A stretch of DNA of 64,000 bases from Spirochaetia bacterium (GCA_965203905.1 CBDBDQ010000005.1:7072001-7136000), one strand, 5' to 3'; counted from the first letter of the stretch, positions 1 through 10,493 are shown. Made by a program: numbers and translations. Notes: a model not told the origin generated them from the sequence alone.

Positions 1-1
1 C

Positions 2-979
2 TACGAGCGGGAGCCGCTGGCGTCCGACCAGGTTCGGGTCCGCAGCGAGTTCGGGGCCGCCAAGCACGGCACGGAGATGGCGCTGTACAAGGGCTACGGC
101 AATCCACGCGGCCACTACGACGGGGAGCTGCGCATCTTCACCCACGACTTCGGCGGCCGCGGGCCCTACCCCTCCGTGCTGGGGAACCAATGCGTCGGCG
201 AGGTGATCGAGATCGGTGCGGCGGTCACCGCGGTGCGACCCGGAGACCGGGTGTTCGCGCACGGCGGGTTCCGCCAGGAACACGTCTGGCCGGCCGAGCG
301 GGTGCGGGTGCTCCCGGAGGGCGTCTCCTGGCAGGCCGCCATCTGCCTCGACCCCACCGACTTCGCGCTCGGGGCCGTGCGCGACGGCCACGTGCGCATC
401 GGCGACGCGGTCGCCGTGTTCGGGATGGGCGCCATCGGCCTGCTGGCCCTGCAGCTCGCGCGGCTGGCGGGGGCGCACCCGGTGATCGCCGTGGACCCGA
501 TCCCGTTACGCCGCGAGGTGGCGCGCGAGGTGGGTGCCGACCTGACGCTCGATCCCAGCGCCTGCGACGCCGGCAAGGAGATCCGCCTGGCGACGGCGCG
601 TCGCGGAGCCGACGTCTGCATCGAGTACAGCGGCCATCACGCCGCGCTGCAGGCCGCCCTGCGCGGCGTCTGCTACCTGGGAACGGTGGTGGCCGGCGCC
701 TTTCCCGGCGCCTATCCCGCGGGCCTCGATCTCGGCGCCGAGGCGCATTTCAACCGCCCCAGCATCGTGTTCTCGCGCGCCTGCTCGGAGCCCAATCCCG
801 AGTACCCCAACTGGGACGAGCAGCGGCTGTTCGAGATAAGCTGGCGCCTGCTCAGCGACGGCAGTCTGAGCTGCGATCCGGTGGTGCAGCCGGTGGTCGC
901 CTTCGACGACCTGCTCACCGAGTACCCCAAGATCGCTACCGCACCCGAGCAGAACGTGAAGCTCGGCGTGCGCTTCTGA
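2..979 (+). CDS. Zinc-binding (MDR) sugar dehydrogenase, YcjQ-like; 5' end lies outside the window
   Basis: The frame is open from base 2 (YEREPLASDQVRVRSEFGAAKHGTEM), with GNQCVGEV and a Rossmann GMGAIG motif. Confidence 0.85.
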   Translation, partial: YEREPLASDQVRVRSEFGAAKHGTEMALYKGYGNPRGHYDGELRIFTHDFGGRGPYPSVLGNQCVGEVIEIGAAVTAVRPGDRVFAHGGFRQEHVWPAERVRVLPEGVSWQAAICLDPTDFALGAVRDGHVRIGDAVAVFGMGAIGLLALQLARLAGAHPVIAVDPIPLRREVAREVGADLTLDPSACDAGKEIRLATARRGADVCIEYSGHHAALQAALRGVCYLGTVVAGAFPGAYPAGLDLGAEAHFNRPSIVFSRACSEPNPEYPNWDEQRLFEISWRLLSDGSLSCDPVVQPVVAFDDLLTEYPKIATAPEQNVKLGVRF

Positions 980-992
980 CCCGGAGGTTGCC

Positions 993-2171
993 ATGGATAG
1001 AACGACTCGCACCTGCACTGCGACCGTCGTCATTTTCGTCTTTTGTGCCGCGGCCCTCGCCGCGGAGCCGATCAAGGTCGGCGTGCTGCTGCCCTCCTCG
1101 GGCGTGTACGCCGGCCTCGGCAATGACCAGACCCTGGCCCTGGAGATGGGCTTCGACCAGTTCGGCCGCGAGGTGGCGGGGCGCCCGATCGAACTGATCC
1201 ACGCCGATACCGAGTCCAAGCCGGGCACCGGCTTGGCGCAGATCAAGAAGCTGGTGCTCAGGGACAGGGTCGACGTCGTGGTGGGCATCATCTCCTCTGC
1301 GGTCGCGGGGGCGGTACGCGACTTCGTGCACAACGCCCAATTACCACTGATCGTGTCCAACGCCGGCAACGACGACCTCACCGGCCCCCAGTGCAGTCCC
1401 TGGATCCTGCGCAGCTCCTTCTCCAACGCCCAGATCAGCCGCGAGATGGGTCCCTGGATGGCGGCCCAGGGCTTCAGGAACGTGTTTCTGATGGCGTTCG
1501 ACTACGCCGCCGGCCACCAGGCGATGGAGGCGTTCCGCGGCGGCTTCGTGGCCGCGGGCGGCACCGTGATCGGCGAGGAGTATCCCCCACTGGGGGAGAC
1601 CGAGGACTTCGGACCCTACCTCGCCAAGGTGAAGGCCGCCGATCCCGACGCGGTGTACGTGTTCTTCGCCGGCGGACCGGCGATCAAGTTCGTCAAGGAG
1701 TGGGCCGCGTTCGGCCTCAAGGGCGAGATCCAGCTCGCCGGCGCCGGCTGGCTCAACTCGGCGCTGTACATCAACGCCCAGGGCATGGACGCGGAGGGCG
1801 CCCTCGGCATCCTCAACTACGTGCCCTCCATCGACACGCCGGAGAATCACACGTTCCAGGAGCAGTTCCGCGCCGCGCACGGCCGTGACGCGTCGGAATT
1901 CGGGGTGGCCGCCTACGACAGCGCCCGGCTCATCGTCGACGCGCTCAAGGCCACCGGCGGCAACACCGCCGACAAGGAGGCGCTGGTCGCCGCCATGCGG
2001 GCGACCCGCTTCGACGGTCCCCGCGGCCCGTTCCGGATCGATCCCCGGACCAACAACGTGATCCAGAACCTCTACATCTTCGAGGTGCAGGCGCAGGGCG
2101 ACGGCGTTGCCGCGGTGGTGCAGGAGGTGATCGCCGACGTCCAGGACCCACCCAACGGCTGCACCCTGTAA
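993..2171 (+). CDS. Liv-type ABC transporter substrate-binding protein
   Basis: Signal peptide, IKVGVLLPSSG, DYAAG and GPRGPF motifs; GGAGG Shine-Dalgarno upstream. Confidence 0.9.
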   Translation: MDRTTRTCTATVVIFVFCAAALAAEPIKVGVLLPSSGVYAGLGNDQTLALEMGFDQFGREVAGRPIELIHADTESKPGTGLAQIKKLVLRDRVDVVVGIISSAVAGAVRDFVHNAQLPLIVSNAGNDDLTGPQCSPWILRSSFSNAQISREMGPWMAAQGFRNVFLMAFDYAAGHQAMEAFRGGFVAAGGTVIGEEYPPLGETEDFGPYLAKVKAADPDAVYVFFAGGPAIKFVKEWAAFGLKGEIQLAGAGWLNSALYINAQGMDAEGALGILNYVPSIDTPENHTFQEQFRAAHGRDASEFGVAAYDSARLIVDALKATGGNTADKEALVAAMRATRFDGPRGPFRIDPRTNNVIQNLYIFEVQAQGDGVAAVVQEVIADVQDPPNGCTL

Positions 2172-2176
2172 CTGCC

Positions 2177-2216
2177 GCCCTGCCCCGCTCCCGGCCACGC
2201 GGAGCGGGCGCAGGGC
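2177..2216 (+). terminator. GC-rich stem-loop after the binding-protein gene (mRNA stabiliser or terminator)
   Basis: gccctgccccgctcc ... ggagcgggcgcagggc imperfect inverted repeat; no U-tract. Confidence 0.5.
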
Positions 2217-2288
2217 GACGCCAGGTTTGCGTGCCCCGCGGCAGGTCGGTAGCCTGATCAGTGACAACCAGGGGGAGAAATTGATCCC

Positions 2289-2531
2289 ATGCAGTATTCA
2301 GTGATGCTAGATGCCATCGACGAACCGGGGTTCGAGGGCTACTACTACGCTCACATTCCAGCGTTGGATCTGACGACGCAAGGTAAGGGGATCGAAGGAG
2401 CGGTAGCGGCTGCCACAGATCTGGCGGAATTGTGGGTAGCCGAAAAATTCTCCCGCGGAGAACCCATTCCAAAGGAATCACGTTCCGTGATCGCCCGCAT
2501 CGAAATCTCCGATGCCGTTCTCAGCCCGTGA
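2289..2531 (+). CDS. hicB: HicB-family antitoxin
   Basis: [20 protein letters not shown]...GEPIP signature, 80 aa. Confidence 0.85.
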   Translation: MQYSVMLDAIDEPGFEGYYYAHIPALDLTTQGKGIEGAVAAATDLAELWVAEKFSRGEPIPKESRSVIARIEISDAVLSP

Positions 2532-2625
2532 GGTTCTCACGAAGCTGCATCGGGCCGGCTTCGCGGAAGTTCGACAGTCGGGATCGCACACCCCCTTGAC
2601 GCTTGCCGAGTTTCGCAAGCTGTAA
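2512..2625 (+). pseudogene. hicA: HicA toxin with an internal in-frame deletion (37 aa left)
   Basis: Hand translation [26 protein letters not shown]|[11 protein letters not shown]. The N-terminus with GSH and the C-terminal tail remain; the central strands and helix are missing. Confidence 0.8.
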
Positions 2626-2664
2626 CCGAGGACGCGGCCTGGCCCTGCCCCGAGAGGCGCTACC

Positions 2665-3543
2665 GTGTTGCTTGATCCGCAGTTCCTGATCGTGCAGACC
2701 CTCAATGGGCTGCAGCTCTCGGCCCTGCTGTTCCTGCTGTCGATCGGGCTTTCGGTGGTGTTCGGATTGATGAACTTCATCAATCTCGCACACGGCACGC
2801 TGTACATGATCGGCGCCTACCTGGCCCTGAGCGCGGTGCGCGCCTTCGCTTCGTTCTGGCTGGCCCTGCTGCTGGCGCCCCTCGGCGTCGCCCTGCTCGG
2901 CGGCCTGCTCTACGTGGTGCTGCTGCGCCACCTGCAGCGCGCCGATCCGATGCGGCAGGTGCTGGTGACCTTCGGCCTGATCTTCGTCGGTTTCGAGGCC
3001 ACGGACATCATCTGGGGCTCGCTGCCGCACGTGATCGAGGTGCCGGAGATACTGGCGGGCCGCAGCAGCGTGCTCGGGCAGGTGTATCCCACTTACCGCC
3101 TGTTCATCATCGCCCTGGGTGCCGCGGTGTTCCTGCTGCTGTACCTGGGCCTGGAGCGCACCCGCCTCGGCGCCATCGTGCGCGCGGGGGTGGACAACCG
3201 CACCATGGTGGCGGCGCTCGGCATCGACATCGGCCGCGTCTTCTTCCTGGTCTTCTGCCTGGGATGCCTGCTCGCCGGGCTCGCCGGGGTGGTGGCGGCG
3301 CCGGTGTTCTCGATCTACCCGGGCATGGACATGTCGGTGCTGATCCTGGCCCTGATCGTGGTGGTGCTGGGCGGCCCCGGCAGCCTCAAGGGGGTGGCGC
3401 TCGGCTCGCTCATCATCGGCATCGCGGACACCTACGGCCAGGTGGTGGTGCCCCAGTTGGCGCGGGTGACGATCTACGCCCTGATGGCGCTGATCCTGCT
3501 GCTCAAGCCGGCCGGCCTGGTGCCGGTCCGCAGCGGACACTGA
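2665..3543 (+). CDS. Liv-type ABC permease (LivH-like)
   Basis: GLSVVFGLMNFINLAHG and VVVLGGPGS motifs. Confidence 0.9.
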   Translation: MLLDPQFLIVQTLNGLQLSALLFLLSIGLSVVFGLMNFINLAHGTLYMIGAYLALSAVRAFASFWLALLLAPLGVALLGGLLYVVLLRHLQRADPMRQVLVTFGLIFVGFEATDIIWGSLPHVIEVPEILAGRSSVLGQVYPTYRLFIIALGAAVFLLLYLGLERTRLGAIVRAGVDNRTMVAALGIDIGRVFFLVFCLGCLLAGLAGVVAAPVFSIYPGMDMSVLILALIVVVLGGPGSLKGVALGSLIIGIADTYGQVVVPQLARVTIYALMALILLLKPAGLVPVRSGH

Positions 3544-4559
3544 TGCGCAGCGCCGATCCGCTGCAACTGCCGGTCGCGGGGCTGCTCGCCGCCGTCGCGG
3601 TGGCGGTGTGGTTCGGCTCCGGCTACTTCGGCAAGGAGCTGCTTGCCGAGGTCGCGATCCTGGCGATCTTTGCCATGAGCCTCGACCTCCTGGTGGGCGT
3701 CACCGGGATGGTATCGCTTGGTCACGCCGGCTTCCTGGCGCTCGGAGCGTATACCACCGCCGGGGCCACGATGCTGTGGGGCTGGCCACCGGCCGCGGCG
3801 CTGGCGCTGTCGGTAGCGGTGGCGGTGCTGATCGCCATCGGCGTCGGCGTGTTCGTGATTCGCCTGAGCGGCGTGTTTTTCATCATGATCACCCTCGCCA
3901 TCGGCCAGATGTTCCACGCCTACTTCTTCAAGGCGCGCGCCTTCGGCGGTGACAACGGGATGGCCGGCACCCCGCGCTTCGATCTCACCTGGCTCGGCCT
4001 CGAAAGCGGCGATCCGGCCGTGTTCTCCGCCCTGGCGGTGGTGGTCGCGGCACTCGTGTACCTCGTGCTGCTGCTGTTGCGGCGCTCGCCCTTCGGCACG
4101 ATGCTCGCTGCCATCCACCAGAACGAGAGCCGCCTCGCCGCGCTGGGCTGTCCGGTGCGGCGTTACAAGCTGGCCGCGTTCGCCACCGGCGGCGGGGTTG
4201 CCGGCCTCGCCGGTGCCCTTACCGCGCAGCACACCGGCTTCGTATCGCCCGACCTCGCCTTCTGGACGCTGTCGGGTGAGGCCCTGATCATCGTCATCCT
4301 GGGCGGCAGCGGCAGCCTGATCGGGGCCGCGGGCGGGGCGGCCCTGTTCATTCTGCTGCGCGACCAACTCAGCGACGGCTCCTTCTGGAGCCGCCTGGCG
4401 CTGCCGGCGGAGCTGGCCAGCCACTGGCAACTGGTCATGGGCCTGTTCTTCATCGCGGTGGTGCTGCTGGCGCGCGACGGCGTGTACGGGCGCCTCACCT
4501 GGCTCATCAGGGGCCTGGCGCGAACGGTGATGCGGGCACGGCGCGGAGGCGGAACGTGA
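3543..4559 (+). CDS. Liv-type ABC permease (LivM-like)
   Basis: TGATG coupling at 3541-3545; GMVSLGHAGF, SPFG and ILGGSGSL motifs. Confidence 0.9.
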   Translation: MRSADPLQLPVAGLLAAVAVAVWFGSGYFGKELLAEVAILAIFAMSLDLLVGVTGMVSLGHAGFLALGAYTTAGATMLWGWPPAAALALSVAVAVLIAIGVGVFVIRLSGVFFIMITLAIGQMFHAYFFKARAFGGDNGMAGTPRFDLTWLGLESGDPAVFSALAVVVAALVYLVLLLLRRSPFGTMLAAIHQNESRLAALGCPVRRYKLAAFATGGGVAGLAGALTAQHTGFVSPDLAFWTLSGEALIIVILGGSGSLIGAAGGAALFILLRDQLSDGSFWSRLALPAELASHWQLVMGLFFIAVVLLARDGVYGRLTWLIRGLARTVMRARRGGGT

Positions 4560-5323
4560 CCGACGCCGTGTTTCACGCGGCCGGACTGCGCAAGTCGTTC
4601 GGCTCGCTGCTGGTGACCGACGACGTCTCGCTGCAACTCCCCGCCGGCCGGCGCCACGGCCTGATCGGTCCCAACGGCGCCGGCAAGACCACCCTGTTCA
4701 ACCTGATCACCGGCGAGACCAGGGCCGACGCCGGCTGCGTATCGGTCGGCGGACGCGACCTGAGCGGCGCCAGGCCGGAGGTCAGGGCGCGCGCCGGGCT
4801 GGCGCGCAGCTTCCAGCGCAACAACCTGTTTCCCGGCCTCACCGTGCGCGAGAACCTGTTTCTCGCGTGCGCCCTGAAGCACCGCGTCGGCCACGTGTTC
4901 TGGCGGCCGGCGGCGCGCTTCGCGGCGCTGCGCGCGGAGGCGGAGGCGAGCGCGGAGCGGCTGGGACTGGCGGACCATCTCGGGGAGCGGGTCGACACTC
5001 TCGGCTACGGCACCCAGCGCCAGCTCGAGATCGGGCTCGCGCTGGTGCAGGAACCGCTGGTGCTGCTGCTCGACGAGCCGACCGCGGGGATGAGCCCGGA
5101 GGAGACCGCCACCATCCTGGAGCTGCTGTCGGCCCTGCCCGCGACGCTGACACTGCTGATCGTCGAGCACGACATGGACGTGATCTTCGGGCTGGCCGAG
5201 CGCATCACGGTGCTCGACTACGGCCGCGTGATCCTGGAGGGCACCCCGGCCGAGGTGCGCGCCTCGCCGGAGGTGCGCAGCCGCTACCTGGGCGGCGCCC
5301 GGCACGCTCCAGCAGCCTCGTGA
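4556..5323 (+). CDS. Liv-type ABC ATP-binding protein (LivG-like)
   Basis: GPNGAGKTT, LLLDEPTAG and VEHDM motifs. Confidence 0.92.
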   Translation: MTDAVFHAAGLRKSFGSLLVTDDVSLQLPAGRRHGLIGPNGAGKTTLFNLITGETRADAGCVSVGGRDLSGARPEVRARAGLARSFQRNNLFPGLTVRENLFLACALKHRVGHVFWRPAARFAALRAEAEASAERLGLADHLGERVDTLGYGTQRQLEIGLALVQEPLVLLLDEPTAGMSPEETATILELLSALPATLTLLIVEHDMDVIFGLAERITVLDYGRVILEGTPAEVRASPEVRSRYLGGARHAPAAS

Positions 5324-6042
5324 TGGCGACCCGGACGACGCCGCTGCTCCATATGGAGAACGTCGACACCTACTATGGCCACAGCCATGTCCTGCAGGGC
5401 CTCTCCCTGAATGTCGACCAGGGCAGCGTGGTGGGCCTGCTGGGACGCAACGGCGCCGGCAAGTCCACCGCCCTGAAGTCGATCATGGGCATCGTCGCCG
5501 CGGCCCGCGGCAGCATCCGCTTCGCCGGCGAGGCGATCCACCACCTGTCGCCGCACCGCATCGCCCGCCGCGGCATCGCCTACGTGCCGGAGGATCGCGG
5601 CATCTTCGCCTCGCTCACGGTGGACGAGCACCTGGGCCTGAATCGGCCGCGGAGCGCAGGCGGTCGCCGGGTCACCGCAGCCCAACTGTACGAGGATTTT
5701 CCCCTGCTGGCGGAGCGCCGCCGCCACCGCGGCAACCAGTTGAGCGGCGGCGAGCAGCAGATGCTGGCGATCGCACGCGCCCTCACCCTGGCTCCACGTC
5801 TGCTGGTCCTCGACGAGCCGACCGAGGGCCTGGCCCCGGTGGTGGTCGAGCGCATCGCCGCCATCGTCCACCGCCTCAAGACCACGGGAATGACCATGCT
5901 GATCGTGGAGCAGAACTACCCGTTCGCCACCGATCTGGCCGACGGCGTCTACGTCCTCGGCAAGGGCCGCATCCGCTGGCAGGGTACCGCCACGGAGCTG
6001 GAGGACAGTCCCGAGATCCGCGCCACCTGGCTGGGCGTCTGA
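5323..6042 (+). CDS. Liv-type ABC ATP-binding protein (LivF-like)
   Basis: GRNGAGKST, LSGGEQQ, LDEPTEG and VEQN motifs; TGATG coupling. Confidence 0.92.
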   Translation: MATRTTPLLHMENVDTYYGHSHVLQGLSLNVDQGSVVGLLGRNGAGKSTALKSIMGIVAAARGSIRFAGEAIHHLSPHRIARRGIAYVPEDRGIFASLTVDEHLGLNRPRSAGGRRVTAAQLYEDFPLLAERRRHRGNQLSGGEQQMLAIARALTLAPRLLVLDEPTEGLAPVVVERIAAIVHRLKTTGMTMLIVEQNYPFATDLADGVYVLGKGRIRWQGTATELEDSPEIRATWLGV

Positions 6043-6092
6043 GCGGCGCCGCACCCGTTGCGCACCCGGCCCGGCCGGATGATAATCCGCAG

Positions 6093-6605
6093 ATGGAGAT
6101 CAGGGCCGCCGTCGGAGCTGACGCGAGGGGCATCGCCGAGGTGCACGTGCGCTCGTGGCAGGCCGCGTATCGGGGCCAGATCCCCGACTCCGTCCTGGCC
6201 GCACTCTCGGTCGACGCCAGGGCGAAATGGTGGGAGCAGACCCTCGGCAACCCGGCCAACCGGGTCCTGGTGGCGGACGCGGCTCCGAAGATCGTTGCCT
6301 TCGTCAACTTCGGACCGTTGCGCGACGACGATGCCGACCGCGATTCGGTCGGCGAAGTCTACGCCATCTACTGCCTAACCGAGTTCTGGGACCGCGGGAT
6401 CGGCCGCAAGTTGATGGAGGCCGCCGTCGTATCGCTGTGCGACCTGAATTACGCGGCGGTCAAGGTCTGGGTCCTGGACACCAACCGCCGGGCGATTGCC
6501 TTCTACCGGAAACTGGGCTTCGCCGTCGACGGCGCCGAGAAGGTGGAGCAACGGGAGGACTATCAGATCCGCGAACTTCGCTACAGCCGCAACCTGCGCG
6601 TGTGA
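6093..6605 (+). CDS. GNAT N-acetyltransferase
   Basis: WDRGIGRKL and NRRAIAFYRKLGF motifs; promoter TTGCGC-N17-GATAAT ends 6 nt before the ATG. Confidence 0.9.
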   Translation: MEIRAAVGADARGIAEVHVRSWQAAYRGQIPDSVLAALSVDARAKWWEQTLGNPANRVLVADAAPKIVAFVNFGPLRDDDADRDSVGEVYAIYCLTEFWDRGIGRKLMEAAVVSLCDLNYAAVKVWVLDTNRRAIAFYRKLGFAVDGAEKVEQREDYQIRELRYSRNLRV

Positions 6606-6867
6606 ACGACGGCTACGACGTCTACTGCGGTCTGCTACGCCTGTACGACGAATTCTCGGCAGCACCGGACGCCGACGTTCCCAGGAAGTGGCGTTCGATA
6701 ACGGCCTACGTTCAGCGCCGCCGACGGCCGTCTGACCGAGATCCGGACCGTGCGGACCGTGCCTCACGGTTGTGCTGGAGAAAGTACCCGCGCCGACATT
6801 CACCTGCACCCAACGGACGCCTCGTGTTCGGAAGTGGCCCGCCGGTGACGGAGGCGCCAGCGATTGA

Positions 6868-6896
6868 TTGACGGCTGGCGCGCCGTGCGGCACACT
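6868..6896 (+). promoter_or_regulatory. Sigma70-type promoter of the carbohydrate ABC operon
   Basis: TTGACG-N17-CACACT. Confidence 0.5.
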
Positions 6897-6976
6897 CCCC
6901 AGATGGCCCCGACACGGTCTCTCCAGACCAGTAGCCTCTTGCGACTGCACCGTCGCGTCTCACCGCCGGCCGCATA

Positions 6977-7942
6977 GTGAGGCTTCCGTCGCTCTCGTCG
7001 CACAGGAGCCTCACGGGAGGTGCCGCTACCCGCTTTGCGGGCGGGGTCAGGGTCTATCTGCGCAAGTACCACGAGTTCTATCTGATGCTCGTGCCGGTGC
7101 TCGCGTTCTATTTCATCTTCAAGTACCTGCCAATGTACGGCGTGGTCATCGCGTTCCAGGATTACAGCATCTTCCGGGGCGTGGCCGGCAGCCGTTGGGT
7201 CGGGTTCGAGAACTTCGCCTGGGCGTTCGAGCAGCCGACGTTCTGGCTGGCCACCGCCAACACCATCAAGCTCAACCTGCTCTCCCTCATCTTCGGGTTC
7301 CCGGCGCCGATCATCCTCGCCCTGCTGCTCAACGAGGTGCGGCGGCGGTCGTTCAAGGCGGTGGTGCAGTCGATCTCCTACCTGCCGCATTTCTTCTCGT
7401 GGGTGGTGGTGTACGGCATCGTGCTGGCGTTCTTCAGCCCGTTCAACGGCATGCTGCCGAAGCTGTTGCACAACCTGGGGCTGGAATCGGTTGGGTTCCT
7501 GACCCGGATCAACTGGTGGTTGTCGATCTTCATCGGCTCCGGGATCTGGAAGGGCGCCGGCTGGGCGGCGATCATCTATATCTCGGCGCTCAGCGCCATC
7601 GACCCGGACCTGTATGACGCCGCCTACGTCGACGGCGCTGGACTGCTGCGCTCCACCTGGCACGTCACGCTGCCGGGGATCCGGCCGACCATCATCATCA
7701 TCTTCATCATCAACCTGGGCCAGCTCCTGAACATCGGCTTCGAGCAGCCGTTCCTGCTCGGCAACGCCCACGTCAGCGACGTCGCCGAGGTGCTGAGCAC
7801 CTATATCTACCGCTTCGGCCTGCTGCAGCAGGAGTTCAGCCTGACCGCCGCCGTCGGGCTGATGCAGTCGCTGATCAACTTCGGGCTGCTGATCCTGGCC
7901 AACTACGTCATCCGCCTCACCGGGCAGCGCGGCATCTGGTAG
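6977..7942 (+). CDS. Carbohydrate ABC permease (LplB/YteP-like)
   Basis: YLPMYGVVIAFQDY motif and EAA loop LYDAAYVDGA. Confidence 0.9.
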   Translation: MRLPSLSSHRSLTGGAATRFAGGVRVYLRKYHEFYLMLVPVLAFYFIFKYLPMYGVVIAFQDYSIFRGVAGSRWVGFENFAWAFEQPTFWLATANTIKLNLLSLIFGFPAPIILALLLNEVRRRSFKAVVQSISYLPHFFSWVVVYGIVLAFFSPFNGMLPKLLHNLGLESVGFLTRINWWLSIFIGSGIWKGAGWAAIIYISALSAIDPDLYDAAYVDGAGLLRSTWHVTLPGIRPTIIIIFIINLGQLLNIGFEQPFLLGNAHVSDVAEVLSTYIYRFGLLQQEFSLTAAVGLMQSLINFGLLILANYVIRLTGQRGIW

Positions 7943-7946
7943 GCAC

Positions 7947-8834
7947 ATGGTAAACGCCGGCCGCATCACCAACGCGTACCGGGTGTTCACGGTCTGCAAC
8001 ACCGTGCTGCTGGTAGTGTTGAGCTTCGCCTTCCTGTTCCCGTTCGTGTTCGTGATAGCGCGCTCGCTCAGCGACGGCTACTACGTGCTGAGCGGACAGG
8101 TGTTCCTCTATCCGCGCGGCTTCACCCTGCAGGCGTACGAGGTGATGATTACCGACCCGCGCATGCTCAAGGCGCTGTGGTTCACCACCCAGTTGGCGGT
8201 GCTCGGCACCGTGCTGAACCTGCTGTTCACGATCCTCGCCGCCTATCCGCTGTCGCGCAGCCGGCTGGCGGGCGTGGCGTTCATCCTGGGTCTCGTCTTC
8301 GTGAGCTGGTACTTCAACCCGGGGCTGATCCCCACCTATCTGGTGGTGCGCGGGATGGGGTTGATCGATACCATCTGGGCGCTGATCTTTCCCGACGTGA
8401 TCCAGCCGTTCCTGCTGATCATCCTCATCACCTACATCCGCGGCATCCCGCACGAGATGGAGGAGGCGGCGGTGGTGGAGGGCAGCTCCTACTGGGGCAT
8501 CCTGCGCCGCATCGTGATTCCGATGTGCCGGCCGGTCATCGCCACCTTGATCATCTTCTACGCGGTCGGGCACTGGAACCAGTTCTTTCAGGGCCTGCTC
8601 TACATCAACGACGGCGACAAGTACACCCTGCAGATGCGCTTGCGCATCATCATCGACCTGTTCTCGGAACGGCTCGAAAACGTCGCCGTCACCACGGAGA
8701 ACGACGGGTCGATGGTCGCCGAGACAGCGCAGGCGGCGGCCATCATCATCGCCACCGTTCCCATCGTGTTGATCTATCCGTTTCTGCAGCGTCATTTCAT
8801 CAAGGGGGTGACCCTGGGCGCAATCAAAGGCTGA
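7947..8834 (+). CDS. Carbohydrate ABC permease (LplC-like)
   Basis: MEEAAVVEGS, YAVGHWN and YPFLQRHFIKG motifs. Confidence 0.9.
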   Translation: MVNAGRITNAYRVFTVCNTVLLVVLSFAFLFPFVFVIARSLSDGYYVLSGQVFLYPRGFTLQAYEVMITDPRMLKALWFTTQLAVLGTVLNLLFTILAAYPLSRSRLAGVAFILGLVFVSWYFNPGLIPTYLVVRGMGLIDTIWALIFPDVIQPFLLIILITYIRGIPHEMEEAAVVEGSSYWGILRRIVIPMCRPVIATLIIFYAVGHWNQFFQGLLYINDGDKYTLQMRLRIIIDLFSERLENVAVTTENDGSMVAETAQAAAIIIATVPIVLIYPFLQRHFIKGVTLGAIKG

Positions 8835-8933
8835 GGCAGTAAGGAGACAAGGAAGGACGACGACCGAGGGTGCGCCGGCGCGGCGCATTTCGCATCCGGA
8901 ACAACAAGAAACCTCAAATGGGGAGGAGATGTT

Positions 8934-10493
8934 GTGAAAAATCTATTGATCGTGTTGCTGGCCCTGGGGCTGGCAACGACCGCGTTCGCCACCGGCGAGG
9001 GCGAGGCCGCCGGCGCGATGGCCGTGGTCACCCACATGGTGGCCGACCGCAACATCGTGCCGCCGGAGGTGGGTACCATCGACGACAACTGGTACACGCA
9101 GCTCGTCGACGAGCACCTGGCGCCGCTGGGGATCGACGTGGATATCGTCGTGTTTCCGCGCGCCGAGTACGACTCCAAGGTGGTAACGCTGCTCGCCGCG
9201 GGCGACGCCCCCGACGTGATGTGGACTTGGAAATTCCCGCCGTACGGCAGCCAGGCCGGCGAGTGGACACTGGAGGGCGGGCTGCTCGACTACGGCCCCT
9301 ACCTGGAGGAATTCGGACCCAACCTGCTCAAGCTCTACTCGGAGAAGGACCTGAAGGCGGGGTCGTTCTACGGCCAGCAGGTCGGCTTCAGGCGCCTGCA
9401 GACCACCAATCAGTGGTCCGTCCAGACGTTCATCCGGCAGGACTACCTCGATGTCCTGGGGCTGGAACAACCGCGCACCATCGATGAGGTGTACGAGCTC
9501 GCGGTCACCCTGAAAGCGAACGCCGACAAGCTCGGGCAGGATCCGGAGACCTTCTTTCCCATCCAACCTCGGAGTCTGCAGTGGATTCCGCATCGATATT
9601 TGCTGTCCGCGTTTCTGGACGAGACGCCGGGGCCGGAGCGGATGGTGGTGCCGTGGCAGATGTGGCCGGAAAGCAAGGAGGCGGCGCGCTGGCTCAACAA
9701 GCTCTACAACGAAGGGCTGGCCGCCGACCTGACGGTGGATCGCACCATGCACGGCCAGATGGTGATCAACGGTCAGACCGCGATCATCCCGTGGGTAATG
9801 CACAGCCCGATCTTCGTCGGCTACGGCGACTTCTACAACAAGATGGTGCAGAACAATCCGGACGCCAAGCTGGAGCCGATCTACCCGTGGACCAAGGATA
9901 CCAGTCTACCCTACTGGAACGAGCTCTTTGGCAATCCGGGCTACGGGCTCGGCTTCATCACCCCCTCCTACACCAAGCATCCCCAGCAGGTGGTGCAGTA
10001 CCTCGACTACCTGGCCTCCGACCTGGGCCGGCAGACGATGATCCTCGGCGTCGAAGGCCAGGATTGGGAGAAGACCGCGGACGGTGGCTTCCGGCGGCTG
10101 ATCAGCCCGCAGGAAGTGACCGACCGCATCGCCTGGATCCAGCCGCAGTGGGAAGTGCTGAGTCTGGCGTTTCCCGACAGCGCGGCACTCAATGGGCAGG
10201 CGCTGTACGGAACCCAGTTCCGCGGCGCCGAGTACGTGGAATGGGTACGCTACGCGGAGCAGAACTACCCCGTGCATCCGGCGCCGGTGGTGAGCCTGCC
10301 GGTTCCGGAACGGAACCGTTCGTGGGGCGCGATCAACGGCGACTGGAACAACGCGCTGCCGAAGATCCTGGTCGCTCCACCGGAGGAGTTCGACGCGCTC
10401 TGGGACGCCGCCGTCAAGGCGTTCCGCGACAACGGCGGCGACGCCATCGCGGAGGAGGCGGTCGCCAACTACGAGCAGTGGGTGTCGCAATAG
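8934..10493 (+). CDS. Extracellular solute-binding protein (carbohydrate type)
   Basis: Signal peptide, LLAAGDAPDV and IRQDYLDVLGL motifs; strong Shine-Dalgarno; operon context. Confidence 0.85.
   Translation: MKNLLIVLLALGLATTAFATGEGEAAGAMAVVTHMVADRNIVPPEVGTIDDNWYTQLVDEHLAPLGIDVDIVVFPRAEYDSKVVTLLAAGDAPDVMWTWKFPPYGSQAGEWTLEGGLLDYGPYLEEFGPNLLKLYSEKDLKAGSFYGQQVGFRRLQTTNQWSVQTFIRQDYLDVLGLEQPRTIDEVYELAVTLKANADKLGQDPETFFPIQPRSLQWIPHRYLLSAFLDETPGPERMVVPWQMWPESKEAARWLNKLYNEGLAADLTVDRTMHGQMVINGQTAIIPWVMHSPIFVGYGDFYNKMVQNNPDAKLEPIYPWTKDTSLPYWNELFGNPGYGLGFITPSYTKHPQQVVQYLDYLASDLGRQTMILGVEGQDWEKTADGGFRRLISPQEVTDRIAWIQPQWEVLSLAFPDSAALNGQALYGTQFRGAEYVEWVRYAEQNYPVHPAPVVSLPVPERNRSWGAINGDWNNALPKILVAPPEEFDALWDAAVKAFRDNGGDAIAEEAVANYEQWVSQ

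Noticed and set aside
6602-6871. Short ORF overlapping the GNAT stop (VNDGYDVYCGLL...)
   Set aside because: May be a gene remnant, but no family is recognisable and the tail is low-complexity.
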